This document shows, in pieces, positions 17,690-31,686 of a stretch of DNA of 64,000 bases; within the stretch, counting starts at the first letter, position 1, and each line of letters begins with the position of its first letter. Both the position numbers and the translations under genes were made by a program. The notes under the pieces were generated by a model. That model saw nothing but the letters and a program-made list of their open reading frames with translations, searched no databases and was not told the origin of the DNA. The DNA is from the human T2T-CHM13v2.0 reference genome, Homo sapiens. The stretch lies in assembly GCF_009914755.1 (NCBI RefSeq), contig NC_060932.1, one strand, 5' to 3'.

Positions 17690-18424
17690 CTAAATCACAA
17701 AAAATAGGATAACACTGAATCTTGACATTATAACAAACTTTACTTTTATTCTACAGTCAAGATGGCCTATTTAAATTACAAGAAGAAACAACAAACTATA
17801 TAGACTGTATCTGCTGCATTCTCCTGTAACCACAGCGGTCAAGGGCTTTGCTGCCAGGCTTTTTGTTACTCGATTTTTAGCTTGTTTTCCTTGAAGGAAA
17901 AGCATTTAATGCAGACTTTGGAAATCTTTTACTCAACCATACACTAATTTGAGTTTAGCCTACATCCCTAAACCTGGCACTCTTGTTTTAGAGTTCTCTA
18001 CCCACCCAACCCCCAACACCCAGGAATTCCCCCACTGGTGTTCTAATGTGATCTATGAGGATGAAGTTACAGAAAGAGTACAGGATGCAAACCAGGAGCA
18101 TCCTAATTGGAGATCTATGTCTGGCACAGGCATTGGTTTACTTTATTCACTTATTTAACACATACTTCTGGAAGGTCTCATATATGCTGAACTTACTATA
18201 ACTATTAGAAAGAGACAGTATTCCTTGCTGTCAAGAACTGGGAGAGAATGATCTAGTGGGAAAACAGATCAAGAAATAGATAGGAGCTCTCATGAAAGAG
18301 TACAAGCAGAAAAACACCTAAGTCTGCCATTAAGATAAATATCAAAGGAGAAAGAAACAATTGGTTTGGGGAAAGGAAAACTGTAGAGGTTGAACTGTAG
18401 GGTAAGTAAGAAGCTCACTATGCT

Positions 18425-18815
<391 letters not shown>

Positions 18816-19199
18816 TTAAGAACAGCCTCAATGTCATTTGTAAAACAAAAGAGGACTGAAAAATCCATAAAATCTCTTCCACTTTAAATCCTTGATTCTA
18901 GATTCACACAATGTAATCTATATTCAATAAACATAGTATGAAATATAAGCCAAATCAATGTTATTTCTCATCCTCATATACATCCCCAAATCCCCAGTTG
19001 CCTGGGAAGTGAACTCAAGGGAAGAACCAAAGCTCTGAAAGGTAGTCACCCTGCAGGAACACATGAAGCAAGACTGTCAGGTCTTCACTCTAGTATTCTT
19101 CCCTATCAGAACAGATTATTTATTTTAATTATAAAATGCTCTGATTTGTTTCACTGGGAAAGTAGAAAGAACAGACTGTCACATGCAGCAGCACCACAC

Positions 19200-19359
19200 C
19201 TGAGGAGATCTTTCTGGAATAGGTTCATTCTGCAGTGCTTGGAGGGCTTTCATTGCAGCATTGTGTCTAGCAGCTTGTCGAGTCTTTCCTTCCCCAAAAA
19301 ATTCATTATTTCCTACAGTGAGCTGAACATAAAAGATCTTAGGCACTGGGCAATGATAC
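19200..19359 (-). CDS. STAU2: STAU2 coding exon, 160 nt, C-terminal half of dsRBD2: (R)YHCPVPKIFYVQLTVGNNEFFGEGKTRQAARHNAAMKALQALQNEPIPERSPQ
   Basis: Acceptor ttattttag|G (AG at 19361-19360) and donor CAG|gtgtgg (GT at 19199-19198). Contains the dsRBD motif GEGxxxxxAxxxAA. Starts after a phase-2 intron and ends in phase 0. Confidence 0.96.
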
Positions 19360-20028
19360 CTAAAATAAGAAAATAAAAACATTAAAGTTAGCTTAATAAA
19401 ACCACTCTATAATCATTCATAAGATTTGTTTAAAATGATACCAATTATATAATGTGCTATACTCTTAATAAAACTTTAACCTCAAAAACATACTTTTTTG
19501 ATAAAATGTGAGTCAATACATCTATAGATAATAGCTTATACTGATCTCCATGAAAAACATATATAGAATACAACATTAAACATAAAACAATACAGTAAAA
19601 ATTATTTAATTATATCACAGGATACTTCCTGGTGAGAAGTTTTCGGTCAGATTTTGACAGAAGTAAGAGAACAGTCTGATGAAGCTACAACAGAGGCTGG
19701 GTCAGGCAAGACTGTTCAGGCGACAACATGTAGATTACCGTGCTTTTTGCAGAAGATAATTACGATTAGAAATATAGATTAGAAATGGACCGACTACAAT
19801 GCAAAGTAATAAGGAGAGCAGATTCAGCATAAGAATAAGGAGTTTAGGCCAGTTCTTAAGCAGGAAGTGTTATATTCATACATTTTACGGTGCCTGAGGT
19901 AATGAGGCTAATGAGGTGTGACTAAAAAGCTGCAATAATGCAGATATGAAGAGATAACAGAGAATGTAAGAAGAAACAAAAAAACCAAAAGAAATTAAGC
20001 AGAAAAAATTAAGATATGTAATAAAATC

Positions 20029-21270
20029 CATTAATTCAACAATTATTTATGGAGCGTCTTCTATATGACAGGGGACTATGACAATGAACAACAACACTTA
20101 GAGTGGGGAAGATAAACAATAAGAAAAATATGTAGAATACCTAGTATGTTAGATGTAGATGTAAGAAAAAGTAAAGAGGAAAGGGTTCAGAAGTGTCAGG
20201 GAGGTAGGTTTTAGATAGGGTGGCCAAGAGAAGTTTCATTGAGAAAATATCAATTGTGTAAAGACATGAAATAAGTTAGGGAACAAGCCATGCAGATCTC
20301 TGGGACAGTGCATCTGAAGCAGAGAGTATACCAGCAGCAAGGGCAGCGAGGCGGGAGTGTGCCACACATGTTCAAGTAACTCGGAGGAAGCCTGTCTGGC
20401 AAAAGTTTAGGGAGACAGGAAAAGCTAGATGAGAAGAGGTGGCAAGATTCCATAGGGCCTTCCCTACAAATTGCTGTAGGCATTTTTAACCCAAGTGAAA
20501 TGACCAGCCACTGGAAGGTTCTGCACAGAGAAGTGACAAAATCTGACTTATCTCTTGGAATAACCATCTGACTACTATTTTGAGGACACACTGTAGGGGA
20601 ACAATGCTGGAAGCAAGGATATCTAATAGGCTACTGGGATAATCAAGGGGAAAGGTGACAGTGGCCTGAACTAGGGTGTAGCAATGGAAGTAACGAGAAG
20701 TCATTGTTTCTAGATGAATTTTGAAAGTAGAGATGATGGGTTTACCCAAAGACTGGCTATGGAATATGAGAGGGGAGTCAGGGATGACATCACGGTTTCG
20801 GAACTAAACAACTGGAAAATGGAGTACCCATCTATTGAGACAGTGAAGATTGCAAAAGAAATGGGTTTGCTGGGGGTGGATTTCAACAGCTCTGTTTTGG
20901 GGATATTCAATTATTAGACCTATTAGATATCCAAGTGTAGATGTCAACTGGACAACTGAATTTATTAGTCTGGACTTCAGGAAAGAGGTCCAAGATAGAA
21001 ATAATATTTGGGAATCATCAGTATATAGGTGGTATTTAAAGGCATAATATAATGAGAACTCTGTGGGAGGGTGTGATGGGAGAAAAGCCAAGCAAGCACG
21101 ATGTCCTTCCTGAAAGTCAAACAGGAAAAAAGTCTATCAAGGAGAAGGGAGGGATTAACTGGATCTAATGCTACTAACAGGTCAAGTAAAATGATGACTG
21201 AGAAATATGACCACTGAATTGAGCAACTTAGCAAAATAAACAGAATCGATTTTGATGGAATGGTGGATTT
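20029..21270 (-). mobile_element. L2 LINE 3' fragment with RT remnants
   Basis: Reverse L2 tail (ttcaacaattatttatggagcg). Minus-strand ORFs carry RT motifs LLDLLVALDPVNPSLLL and YHLYTDDSQI, plus LNIPKTELL. Confidence 0.85.
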
Positions 21271-23009
21271 ACAACTGCAATGCTGAAAAAAATGAGTTAA
21301 AAATCACTCCAGTCCTAAAAAATGTTTGTTTCCAAGCAAAAAGAAGTCCAATTGAGGTCCTACTATATTTTAGATAATTACTGCACATCCAAGTAGTGAC
21401 GCTCTATGTCCAACCTGAGATAAACTGGATAGAGCGCATCATGTAAGCATTCACCAGGCAGATGGGACTAATCAATGAAGGTTTACTGAAGGTGAAGAAC
21501 TAGAAATGTTGATTGGTACTGAAGATGCAGATTTGTGAGGCAATAATTGAAACCATGCAAGTGGATAAGCACCTGGAAAGGGTAAGTGTAAAGGAATCAA
21601 AAAAGAGCCTAAGGCTCGGAACTGATTAATGCCTGTGATCAAAGTGCAAGGGAAACAATAGACAGCAGTGAAAGAGATGAAAAAGGGTCAAAGTTAGAAG
21701 AAAAATTACAACACAATGTCAGGGACAGGAGTAATTAACAGTGTCAAATGAAGGAGAGGAATTCAGAGTATGAAAAAAAAGAAAAAGTTGCTGTTTTAAA
21801 TGCTTAACCTAAAATCAATTTTCTTGAACTACAGTTTTCTATTAATTTAAGATAACGCATTTTAAATGTTTTTATTATAAACAAAGATTAAAAAGCATTA
21901 AAAAACTATAATCTTTTTTGCTTTTTGGTTACAACAATTAAATATTGTGTACTGAAGTGCACAATTTCCTATCATCTATTTTATTTTAATCCCTTTAATG
22001 CAGAAATTTATTTTAATTCCTTAATGCAGAAATCTGACAGACTAATATGAATAACGCCGGTCATCTTCACTTCGTATTTCACAAAATTCAATTTTCCCAC
22101 CTCCACATAACTTTGTTTATTTTTAACTGGTGGTACTATAAAACTTTAAAACAGACAACTTGAAATCAGAAATTTACTCCTGAAGTGAGATCTCATATGG
22201 CAAACTTTCACCATAGAGCAAATGTTTACAATTAATTATAAACTTCTGAAAATAGAAGGTCCACAACTGAAATGCTAACAGACCTTTAACTACAGTAGAG
22301 GGAGTGGGCGCCACTATAATCACTAAGGCCTGCTGACAATTACAAAACTCATTTTGGTTTGCCACAGAGACAAACAAAATTTCTGTTCATTGTAACTTTA
22401 CTGGAATATGATGTCATAACACATAACCATACTGAAACAATCTGCTGATTTTCTGGCCAAAATATTAATTGCACACCAAAGAGCCCTTGGGGCCTCTCCC
22501 TTTTTGGTCATCAAATATGGCTCAATGTATGTGTATGTGCATGCATGTGGATATATATGTATATATAAATTATATTGTGTAAGTATCAGAGGAAAAATTA
22601 AGTATGTTGCATTTTTAACATAAAAGGTAAAAATTCTAGCACTAACAACAGGAAATACCAAGACTGGATGCCTGACTTATTTCATTCTGTTTCACTTCAT
22701 CCTCTTACTTAACAATGATTCTTAATAATATACCCCACATGGTTTGAATACCTTATATATCACATCTCCTCATACCATCATGACAATCAAGATTAGCCAG
22801 AGCACTCTCATTAATTGCATCAGGATTGAATTACAGGGGAGATGATGCAGAATGGTTTTTGTGTGATAGGTCTGGTCTCAAAATACTTACTTCCTTTGGT
22901 AAAGAAATACCCAAAGTTTATTAATTATAAAGATCGATATGTTCTATTTAGTGGATTTCCTTCTACTTTCACTTATTTCAAGTATTAAGCTCACTTTTAG
23001 TAAGGTATT

Positions 23010-23371
23010 TGATATGGTTTGGCTGTGTCCCCACTCAAAATCTCATCTTGAATTGTAATCCAAATTGTAATCTCCATGTGTCGTGGGAGGGACCTGGTTG
23101 GAGGTTAAGTGAATCATGGGGGCGGTTTCCCCCATGGTATTCTCATGATAGGGAGTGAGTTCTCACAAGATCTGACGGTTTTATAAGCGTCTGGCATTTC
23201 CCCTGCTGGCATTCATTTCCTCTCCTGCTGTCCTGTGAAGAGGTGCCTTCTGCCATCCTGAGGTCTCCCCAGCCATGCAGAACTGTCAGTCAATTAAACC
23301 TCTTTTCTTTATAAATCACCCAGTTCAGTCTCGGGTATTTCTTCACAGCAACATGAGATCAGACTAACACA
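23010..23371 (+). mobile_element. THE1-family (ERVL-MaLR) solo LTR
   Basis: Starts TGATATGGTTTGGCTGTGTCCCCAC, ends AGACTAACACA, has attaaacctcttttctttataaat, and is about 360 bp. Confidence 0.9.
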
Positions 23372-23784
23372 GTAGGTATAATAAGTGATGTACATATTTT
23401 TACAAATTAGTATATTTACCTAAGCAGACATAGCTATTCTTGAATGATTTTTCTCAAGTAGAATTCTGTGGTCAATGTTTAGATCCCCATAATGATTACT
23501 GTTAAAAGATGAACCACGAAAACTCCCCCATCCAAGTTATTTAAGTTTCAGGGTCAAATGGTTGCATTTCTTTTAAATCCCAAAAAAGTCTTGGGATTTG
23601 AAAGATCCTACTTTCATCAGAATTATCTTCCATGCTTGTTAAAAATGAAGATTCCTGTGATCCAAGCCTGATCTGCTGCATCAGAGTTTCTGAGGATGGA
23701 ACCATAATTTTAAGCTGCCCTGCTGACTCTCTGCACGATAAAGGTCCAGGATTATCACCACATCCCACAATGTGGCCCATGTGA

Positions 23785-24189
<405 letters not shown>

Positions 24190-26199
24190 TAATCCTCACT
24201 ACAGCCTGGTGAGGCAGGAGATGTCCCCAAGGTCACCTTAAGAGGTAACAAATGTCCCCAAAAGAGTTGCTGGGAACCAAATTTAAGTCTGCCTAACTGC
24301 AGAGTCCAGGAAATTCCGTATGGAGTTTCCTAAAAATCTGCTTTATCTTCTTCCATTTTTGTTAATTTTTGTTTATTAAATTGTCTATCTTCATGGAAGG
24401 CCAGAGAACCTAATGCAAGGGATCTAAAGTAAGGCCCACTGATAGACTTCAGAGATGTTTTATTGAGTGAATGGCTGCTGAAACAAACAGACAACCATGA
24501 TGAAACACTGTGTTTCTGCAGCATGTCAGATCAAATAGACACAAGTGCATGACGTAAAATCAAAGTGAAACATCAAAATGAACAGCGTTGTGTGCCACAT
24601 TACTTAACAGACTAAATCTGACAAATGCTGCTTGCAAGGCCTTTTTATCCCCATGTCTCCTTGCCTTCTAACTGCTGGAAGTCTTGCAAAAAATAAATAA
24701 AATTGTAAATAAAATAAAATAGAATCTTCCTTTCCTTTAGATCCCAAACAAGTCTTGAGATTCAGCCTATCTTCAAGATACCACAAGTCAATACAACAGT
24801 AAGAAAGAATGTATACTGGTTCCTTTGATTTAATACTTGATATTCCTTACAGTTTTTTTGAGTAAAGGAAAGATTTTACATTCACTTATATCTGACTGTT
24901 AGTTGTAGCAACTTTTTATACCACATATCCTTGCCAACCTCCCTAAAGTTACTTCATTTAATGCCCTCTTTATGGACTCATTTTGTATTATCTTTCTAAA
25001 CAACTAAAATCCCGTATGTCCTCCCTACCATTCTGTGACTGTTTTATTCTCCAACATCTCCACTTTCCTGAGTATCATTTTTACAAGGTGAGAAAGACAT
25101 ATCCCAAATAACATTAGGATTTTTACAAATTGAAAAATAATTACCTCATTCTATTTGATAGCATTATTCATAAATCTCAACACAGCTTAAACATTCATAT
25201 CTCCCCTACAGACTTACATCTTAAAATATATGAAAATGCTATCTTCCGATCTAATAAGGAGAGGCTTTGGATTTCTGTGTTTATTTCTAACATTGACTGG
25301 AAACAGAAATGTCACTTAACCTTTCTATCTCAGTTTACTTATCTACAAAATATTTGTAGAATTTATGTTTAAAGGACCCTAAAGGCCAAAACTAAGAATT
25401 CAAATGACATGTCGATTATTTTGACTCTTTGTACACTTTTTGGCACTGCTAAGCATTCTTTTTCTTGCTGTAGAAAAACAGCAGGTTTTTATCATAGAGC
25501 TATAAAATAGTCCTTGGCACATTTTCAAACTTGTATGTATATAAAATATCTAGATAGAAGACAGTTCTTTCTCTATTCATATCTACAAATTTTGAAAAAT
25601 ATATCTTTTATGAGATCTAACTGTTAATTCTTGAGGAATTTCAAATATTAGGACTGATTAGAAAAGATTCACAGGTCAGATGAAAATATGCTTTAAAAGA
25701 GGTGTATGGATATTCTATTTGTAGAATTACTGTAAGTATGTTTTAAATGCCTAGAGGAAATATAGAAAGATATGCACTAAAAGCTAGGATAGGGTGTTTT
25801 GAAATGATAGCATTATAAATGATGTTCTTTCCTCTCATAATTTCAAGTTTTAAAAAATAATACGGTACACTAGAATAAAAATGGAAAAAAAAATACTTAA
25901 TTGAAGGAAGTCTAGTCCCTATCCAAACAAAGGTAAATCTGTGTTTGAAATTAAATTTGATAAACTAGTGGAATGATTTATGGAATACAGAACACAAATC
26001 AAGAGAATAAGTAACTTGTACTGTATCACTGACAGTAGTGCCATAATCAGGACTATGCAAAGCACAGCACGTTATCAAAGAGCCCCATTATTGTAAACAC
26101 ACAATCACCACCCTCAATCTCATACTTGGAACCAACATAAACTTGTTCTTGCCCCTTCTCTAAATGGATATATAGATAAATCATTATCACATCACCATT

Positions 26200-26435
26200 A
26201 TCATAATTAGAGCTAAAACATACAAAGCACTTACTATGTGCCAGGCACTATTCCAAGCATTTAGATACTAATCTCACTGAATCCTCACAACCCCACTTCA
26301 TTTTACAGATGAGGAAACTGAAGAATAGAGATATTCACTAACCTTCCCAAGGCCACCCGACTTGAGCTCACATTTGAGCCCAGGCAGTCTCACTCCAGAA
26401 CCCATGCTCATAACTGCTATACCATGCTGCCTCTG
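26200..26435 (-). mobile_element. MIR SINE
   Basis: gcacttactatgtgccaggcact, and the core cattttacagatgaggaaactga. Confidence 0.82.
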
Positions 26436-26727
26436 AATGAACTGGATAGATGAACACTATAAACTGCAGAAGTACTAACTATAAACTCTGAAGAAGTCAT
26501 GCTGGACTGGGAATATCAAAGCAACTTAAGTCTCTCTAGATGTATGAGATCTGGCAGATTCTGAAGATCTCTGTACGCCAAAAGTCAGGTGCAGGATATC
26601 AGCTGCCAAAGGCAATGATGGGGACACTGTAAGTCTAGAAGACCAAGTTGACTGCAAAGTCCTATTTCCTCTCTGCTCATTTTTTGTCTCCTCTTAACCC
26701 ACCCATCTGGAGCCCAGGTTTAAATGT

Positions 26728-27470
26728 TCTCATTAGGGAAATGCAAATCCAAACCACAATAAGACACTACTTCACACACCCACTAGGATGGCTATAGTTT
26801 AAAAAAAAAAAGTCATAAAGACATGGCAAATTGGAACCCTCATACATTCTGGTGGGAATGTAAAATGGTGCAGTTGCTATGGAAAATAGTTTACCAGTTC
26901 CTCAAAAAATTAAACGCAGAATTACCACTTGACCCAGCAGTTTCACTTCTAAATATATACCCAAGAAAAATGAAAACTGGGGTTCAAACAAAAACTCGTA
27001 GGTAAATGTTTACAGCAGCATTATTCCTAATAGTCAGAAAGTGGAAATAACCCAAATGTCCCGATGAATAAATAAAATGTGGTATGTCCCCACAATGGAG
27101 TGTTTTACAGTCGTACAAAGGAATGAAGTATAATTACATGCTACAACATAAACGAACTTACATTATGCTAAGTGAAAGAAGCTAGATACAAAAGAGTATA
27201 TACTCTATGATTCCATTTAGACAAAATATCCAGAATAGGCAAACCCATAGAGACAGAAAGTAGATTAGTGGTTGCCAGGAGCTGGGAGGATGGAGTTTGA
27301 GGAGTAACTGTTAACAGGTATGGGGTTTCTTTTAGGAGTGATAGATATGTTTTGAAATTAGACCACGGTGATGGCTGTACAACACTGTGAATGTACTAAA
27401 TGCACAATGAATTGTATACTTTAAAATAGTTAATCTTGTGTTACGTAAATTTTATTTCAATACAAATCAT
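26728..27470 (+). mobile_element. L1MB-like 3' end
   Basis: cattagggaaatgcaaatc, tgggaatgtaaaatggtgcag, agacagaaagtagattagtggttgccagg. Confidence 0.85.
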
Positions 27471-27709
27471 TTTTTTAAAAAATGTTGATACTCCCTAGGG
27501 TTCTATTTTGTTTCTCACTGACAAGACAGTTTTTGTAGGTGATCTCACCTACTCTCATTCACATTCTTGGCAGACTCCCACAAACTAGCCTACCAAATTT
27601 TGTAAAGGGAAGTGTAAAAGACCTCCCTTTTGCACTCTAGGATGTTACTGACCTGGTCTTCTTCCTACTCTTGTCTAATTGCTAGGGGGGTATGTGAATT
27701 ACATTAATA

Positions 27710-27807
27710 ATTCAACATATACTTATTAAAGGCCTACTTCATGCTGGGATGGAGTTTTAGTTTCTAGAGATGGAGGACTGCCCTCAGGAAACTATCAATC
27801 AAGTAAG

Positions 27808-27850
<43 letters not shown>

Positions 27851-28310
27851 ATACACATCAACAAATGAGATGAGCTAGGAAGAAAAATAAAGCATGGTAT
27901 AGAAAAAGATTAACAGGGGCTCCTTTAGGAGGTGACATTTGAACACAGATTTGAATAAAGTGAGAATTCTAGGCATGGAAATGCCAGAAAGAAAAAGTGC
28001 TCTAAGCAAATAAGACAGCAAGTGCAAAGGCCCTGCAGAAATAACATGTTGGTTGGTCCATTTTTGAGAAAGGGCAAGTGTTCCTTGTACCTGACAAGCC
28101 CTGAGTCAAGGAATGATTAGTAGGAAACTAGGTCTGAGAAGTCACCAGGCAGCAAATCAGAACTTAATTCCACATGATGGAAGCCACTGGAAAGTTTTAA
28201 GCAGGAAAGTGGCACAATCTGACATGATTTAAAAGGATCTTGTTGCTATTTACCCGAGGAGAGGCAAGAAGAGAATAGGTGACAAGCCATTCCATAGTGC
28301 AGGAAAAGTC
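27710..28310 (-). mobile_element. L2 fragment containing (CA)n at about 27809-27856
   Basis: ttcaacatatacttatt, ggaggtgacatttga, agccactggaaagttttaagcagg. Confidence 0.65.
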
Positions 28311-28950
28311 ATCTCTAAAAATAGGAGACTGAACTGCTCAAGAAAATATAGGATTGCAGGCAGTGCTACAATTTCACTTAAGGATTGTGGTCATTATATC
28401 AAGGTGGACTAGTCAGCATAGATGTTTTTCTGTAGCTTCCTAGGAGCAACTGCAGCAGAGTCAGAGGAGCTGGAATTAACCAGTTACAGTTTTGCCAAGC
28501 ATCGCTGCTCATTCCAACTGGGAGGCAGTAGAACACACAGGAATTAGGTAGCCATAGGACTAGTGAAAAATGGGTGATCAACTCTAGTGAAAAGCAGCCA
28601 CGCTGAATCTGGCAGGTGAGGAAAGGGTGCACCCAGCCTGGAGGTTCTGCTCAAAGTCTTCAGGTGCTAAAGGACACCACCCTATTTCTTGCCCTCCTGG
28701 TGGTCAGACAGTGTGTGGCAGAAGCAGTAAGATGTGCCTCCCCTGTGGTGGCTGACAAGCAAAGCAGTGCTGGAAGTGTTCCTACTTTGCAACTGTGAAG
28801 AAGGGTCCCTGGCAAGGCGATCTGGGGGCCTCTTCTTCCAGTGTGCTGCCACTGTGTTCCCCTGGGTGCTGCAGCAGGCCTGTCTGAGAGGTAAATGGCT
28901 AGCACTGTGGAAACCAGCAGAATTGTGGAGTGATGCTGCAGGAATACAGC

Positions 28951-28966
28951 GGGGGGGGGGGGGGGG
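28951..28966 (+). repeat. G16 homopolymer followed by caggagggcggg
   Basis: Seen directly. Confidence 0.95.
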
Positions 28967-28988
28967 CAGGAGGGCGGGTTCCCTGGAG

Positions 28989-29165
28989 TAGTATTTCTCA
29001 AGTGGGTCCCACATAGAAAACACTGGAGTCTTCCTAATGGGGTCTAGAAACACTTGCTAAAAAGCAGATTCAGGGCTGACCAAAGGGATTCAGGATGGAG
29101 TCCAGGAATGCGCACATTACCTAACAGCCTAGGTGGTTTGCACACATGCTACAGATTGAGAAGGG
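28989..29165. mobile_element. MER5-like (hAT-Charlie) MITE
   Basis: Ends agtatttctcaa...ttgagaa, with internal taaaaagcagattc and ccaggaat. Confidence 0.55.
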
Positions 29166-29812
29166 CCTCGTCACAGGGGCCTTCTTCCCTGTTTGTGAAT
29201 ACAAAGGCTTCTGATTCCTGAATATCAACTTTGTACTCATCTGCCTTACAGAGTGCTCTTCCTGTCTTTAATGGGATTTTAGTTAATTCTCTCACCATTT
29301 GTTTCATAAGAAAAAATTAGGATTTTCCTATTATTTCCAGAATTTGTTTTTCCTATTTATTTCCACAATTTATTTTGCTAATTTTGTTGATCCAAACTTC
29401 CAAAAGAATACTAAATAGCAGCTGATAAAGAATATTCTTATTTCTTACTTGAATGGGAACACGGCTAGTAAATACTCATTAAACCTTGTTAAAAAAAAAA
29501 AAAACACTGACAGTGTGGACAGAGGAAAATATTTTTAGGTTTAGAATAAGATCTACTGGATTTAAGTTCCAGCTACTAGATCTATAAAGACTTTGGGCAA
29601 GAAGCCTTATGTTCTCTAAGAGCCATCAGTAATAAGAACAATTTTGTCTGTATCAACTTTCAGCTTTATTCAAGTGACAAACCAGTTGAAAATTATTATA
29701 CTTTTCATGAAATATAGCATATCTGTGTACTGAGGGACAATTTTCAAATAGATATATATGTTCACACATATACTCTGCAGTTCAAAAACATACAATTTTT
29801 TTTAAAATGTAA

Positions 29813-30106
29813 GTTTTTTTTTTTTTGAAACAGGGTCTCGTTCTGTCACCCAGGCTGGAGTGCAGAGCATGATTATGGTTAACTGCGGCCTCAACCTGCT
29901 GGGCTCAAGCAATCCTCCCATCTCAGTCTCTCAAGTAGCTGGGACCACAAGCATGTGCCATCATGCCTGGCTAATTTTTTTTTTTTTGTAGAGACAGGCA
30001 CTCCCTATGTTGCCTAGGCTGGTCTTGAATTCCTGGGCTAAAGCAATCCTCCCAACTCGGGCGCCCAAAGTGCTGAGATTATAGGCATGAGTCACTGTGC
30101 CCAGCC
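29813..30106 (-). mobile_element. AluJ-like SINE
   Basis: Reverse dimer with gggctcaagcaatcctccc. Confidence 0.88.
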
Positions 30107-31508
30107 ACTTTTAACTTTTCAATATATATTCACTAAATACTGCATGCTAGTAATCTAATAGCAGAATCTTACGTACTAAAAACTTATGGAAAATATGGCT
30201 TATTGTTTCTTTGAGTTGTAAGAATATTCCTATTATTTAATTCCAGCAGCAGATATCATCTTTGGTTAAGGGTTCTCTGAGAATGCACTTTGAAAACAAC
30301 TAGTGTAGAAAATCTCTCAAGTCCTTCCCACCAACAAAAGGATTCACGAAACGAGCTCTAGAAAATACTTATAAAACTTCTATCTCTCCATTAAGTCCAC
30401 AAGCATATGTTTTTGAAAAGTTTGTTAGAAGTATAAAAAGCATGAAAGTATAAAAGATACAAACATACTGGATTTTTTAAAAGAGGGTTTACACTCTTTT
30501 TCGATAAATTAATTTTATAATGTCTATAATAAAAGATTCAAATGGATGATTACGTTTGCACTAAAATCTTCCAAGAAGTTTAAAAACTGTTTGCTTTATT
30601 ACAACGTCCAGCCCAGGCATCTACTCCAGTGCTTTTGCTGATCAGAATTAACTATCAACTTTGGATGTTTGCCCACTTCACATACTCCCAAAAGTAACAT
30701 GGAGACATTACATCAGCGGTATTGCAGAAAGATTAATGTGCTTTGTTTGGAGATGCAAACTAATTATACTTACTGCATACTTCTAGTATTCTGTCTCTTT
30801 CACTCAAATCTAAATGAATTTAGTCATACATTTGCATACAGTTTAATGATAACAATAATGTATAGTTAATAGATACTCACTGGAACAGAAAAAATTTACT
30901 TGGCATTTTCCCAGCTAATTGTTTTTACAGCTTGACTTCACTTTATACATTAGGTGCATTCATAAAAAGGTTTACATAAAGCAAATATTTTCATACTAAA
31001 TCCCATTTTCCCACTGTTGCCCAATATTAAATCTTGAGTTATATTTCTACAGGAAAATGCTGGCTCCAACACATCATAAAAATTATAATTAAAAATCTAA
31101 ACATACATGCCAAGGAATAGGTATGTTTAATACATTATTTTACAAAACACTTTATCCTCTCACCTGCGATAAGAATTAATCTAAAAGATAATCATTTTGT
31201 TTCATAGTCTCACAATCATTAGAAGGACACGTATGTTTTAAAAAAATTGCAGGGTTTTAAAGTAGCTTCGTAGAAACTAAAAGTAGAAATATAATTTATT
31301 AGCTGGAACTGCCACATGGAGATCTCCTGTCAGATTTTAGGCAATGCAAATAGTCTCAGATTATTGACAGTAATCATTTAAGGGTCTTAGAAATTTCTTC
31401 GGCTATGAGTAACACACTTTGGGGGGTTCATTACAATCCAAACCAGATGATTTACTGGAATTATACAGATGCTCTGGAGCCAATACCACTGTCTGACTCG
31501 AAGCCCAC

Positions 31509-31686
31509 TTTTCTTTTTTGAGGCAGGGTCTCCCTCTGTCACCCAGGCTGAAGTGTAGTCGTGCGATTATGCCTCACTGCAGCCTCAACTTTCAAGGCTC
31601 AAGCAATCCTCCCAAGTAACAGGAACCACAGGCGTGCACTACCACACTTGGCTAATTTTTTTTTATTTTTATGTTTTATAGAGATG
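31509..31686 (-). mobile_element. Partial AluJ (right arm plus linker)
   Basis: Reverse right monomer ending at tagagatg. Confidence 0.8.

Noticed and set aside
21981-22033. ~27-bp imperfect tandem duplication (ttattttaatccctttaatgcagaaat x2)
   Set aside because: An ordinary slippage duplication with two copies and no spacers, so not CRISPR-like.
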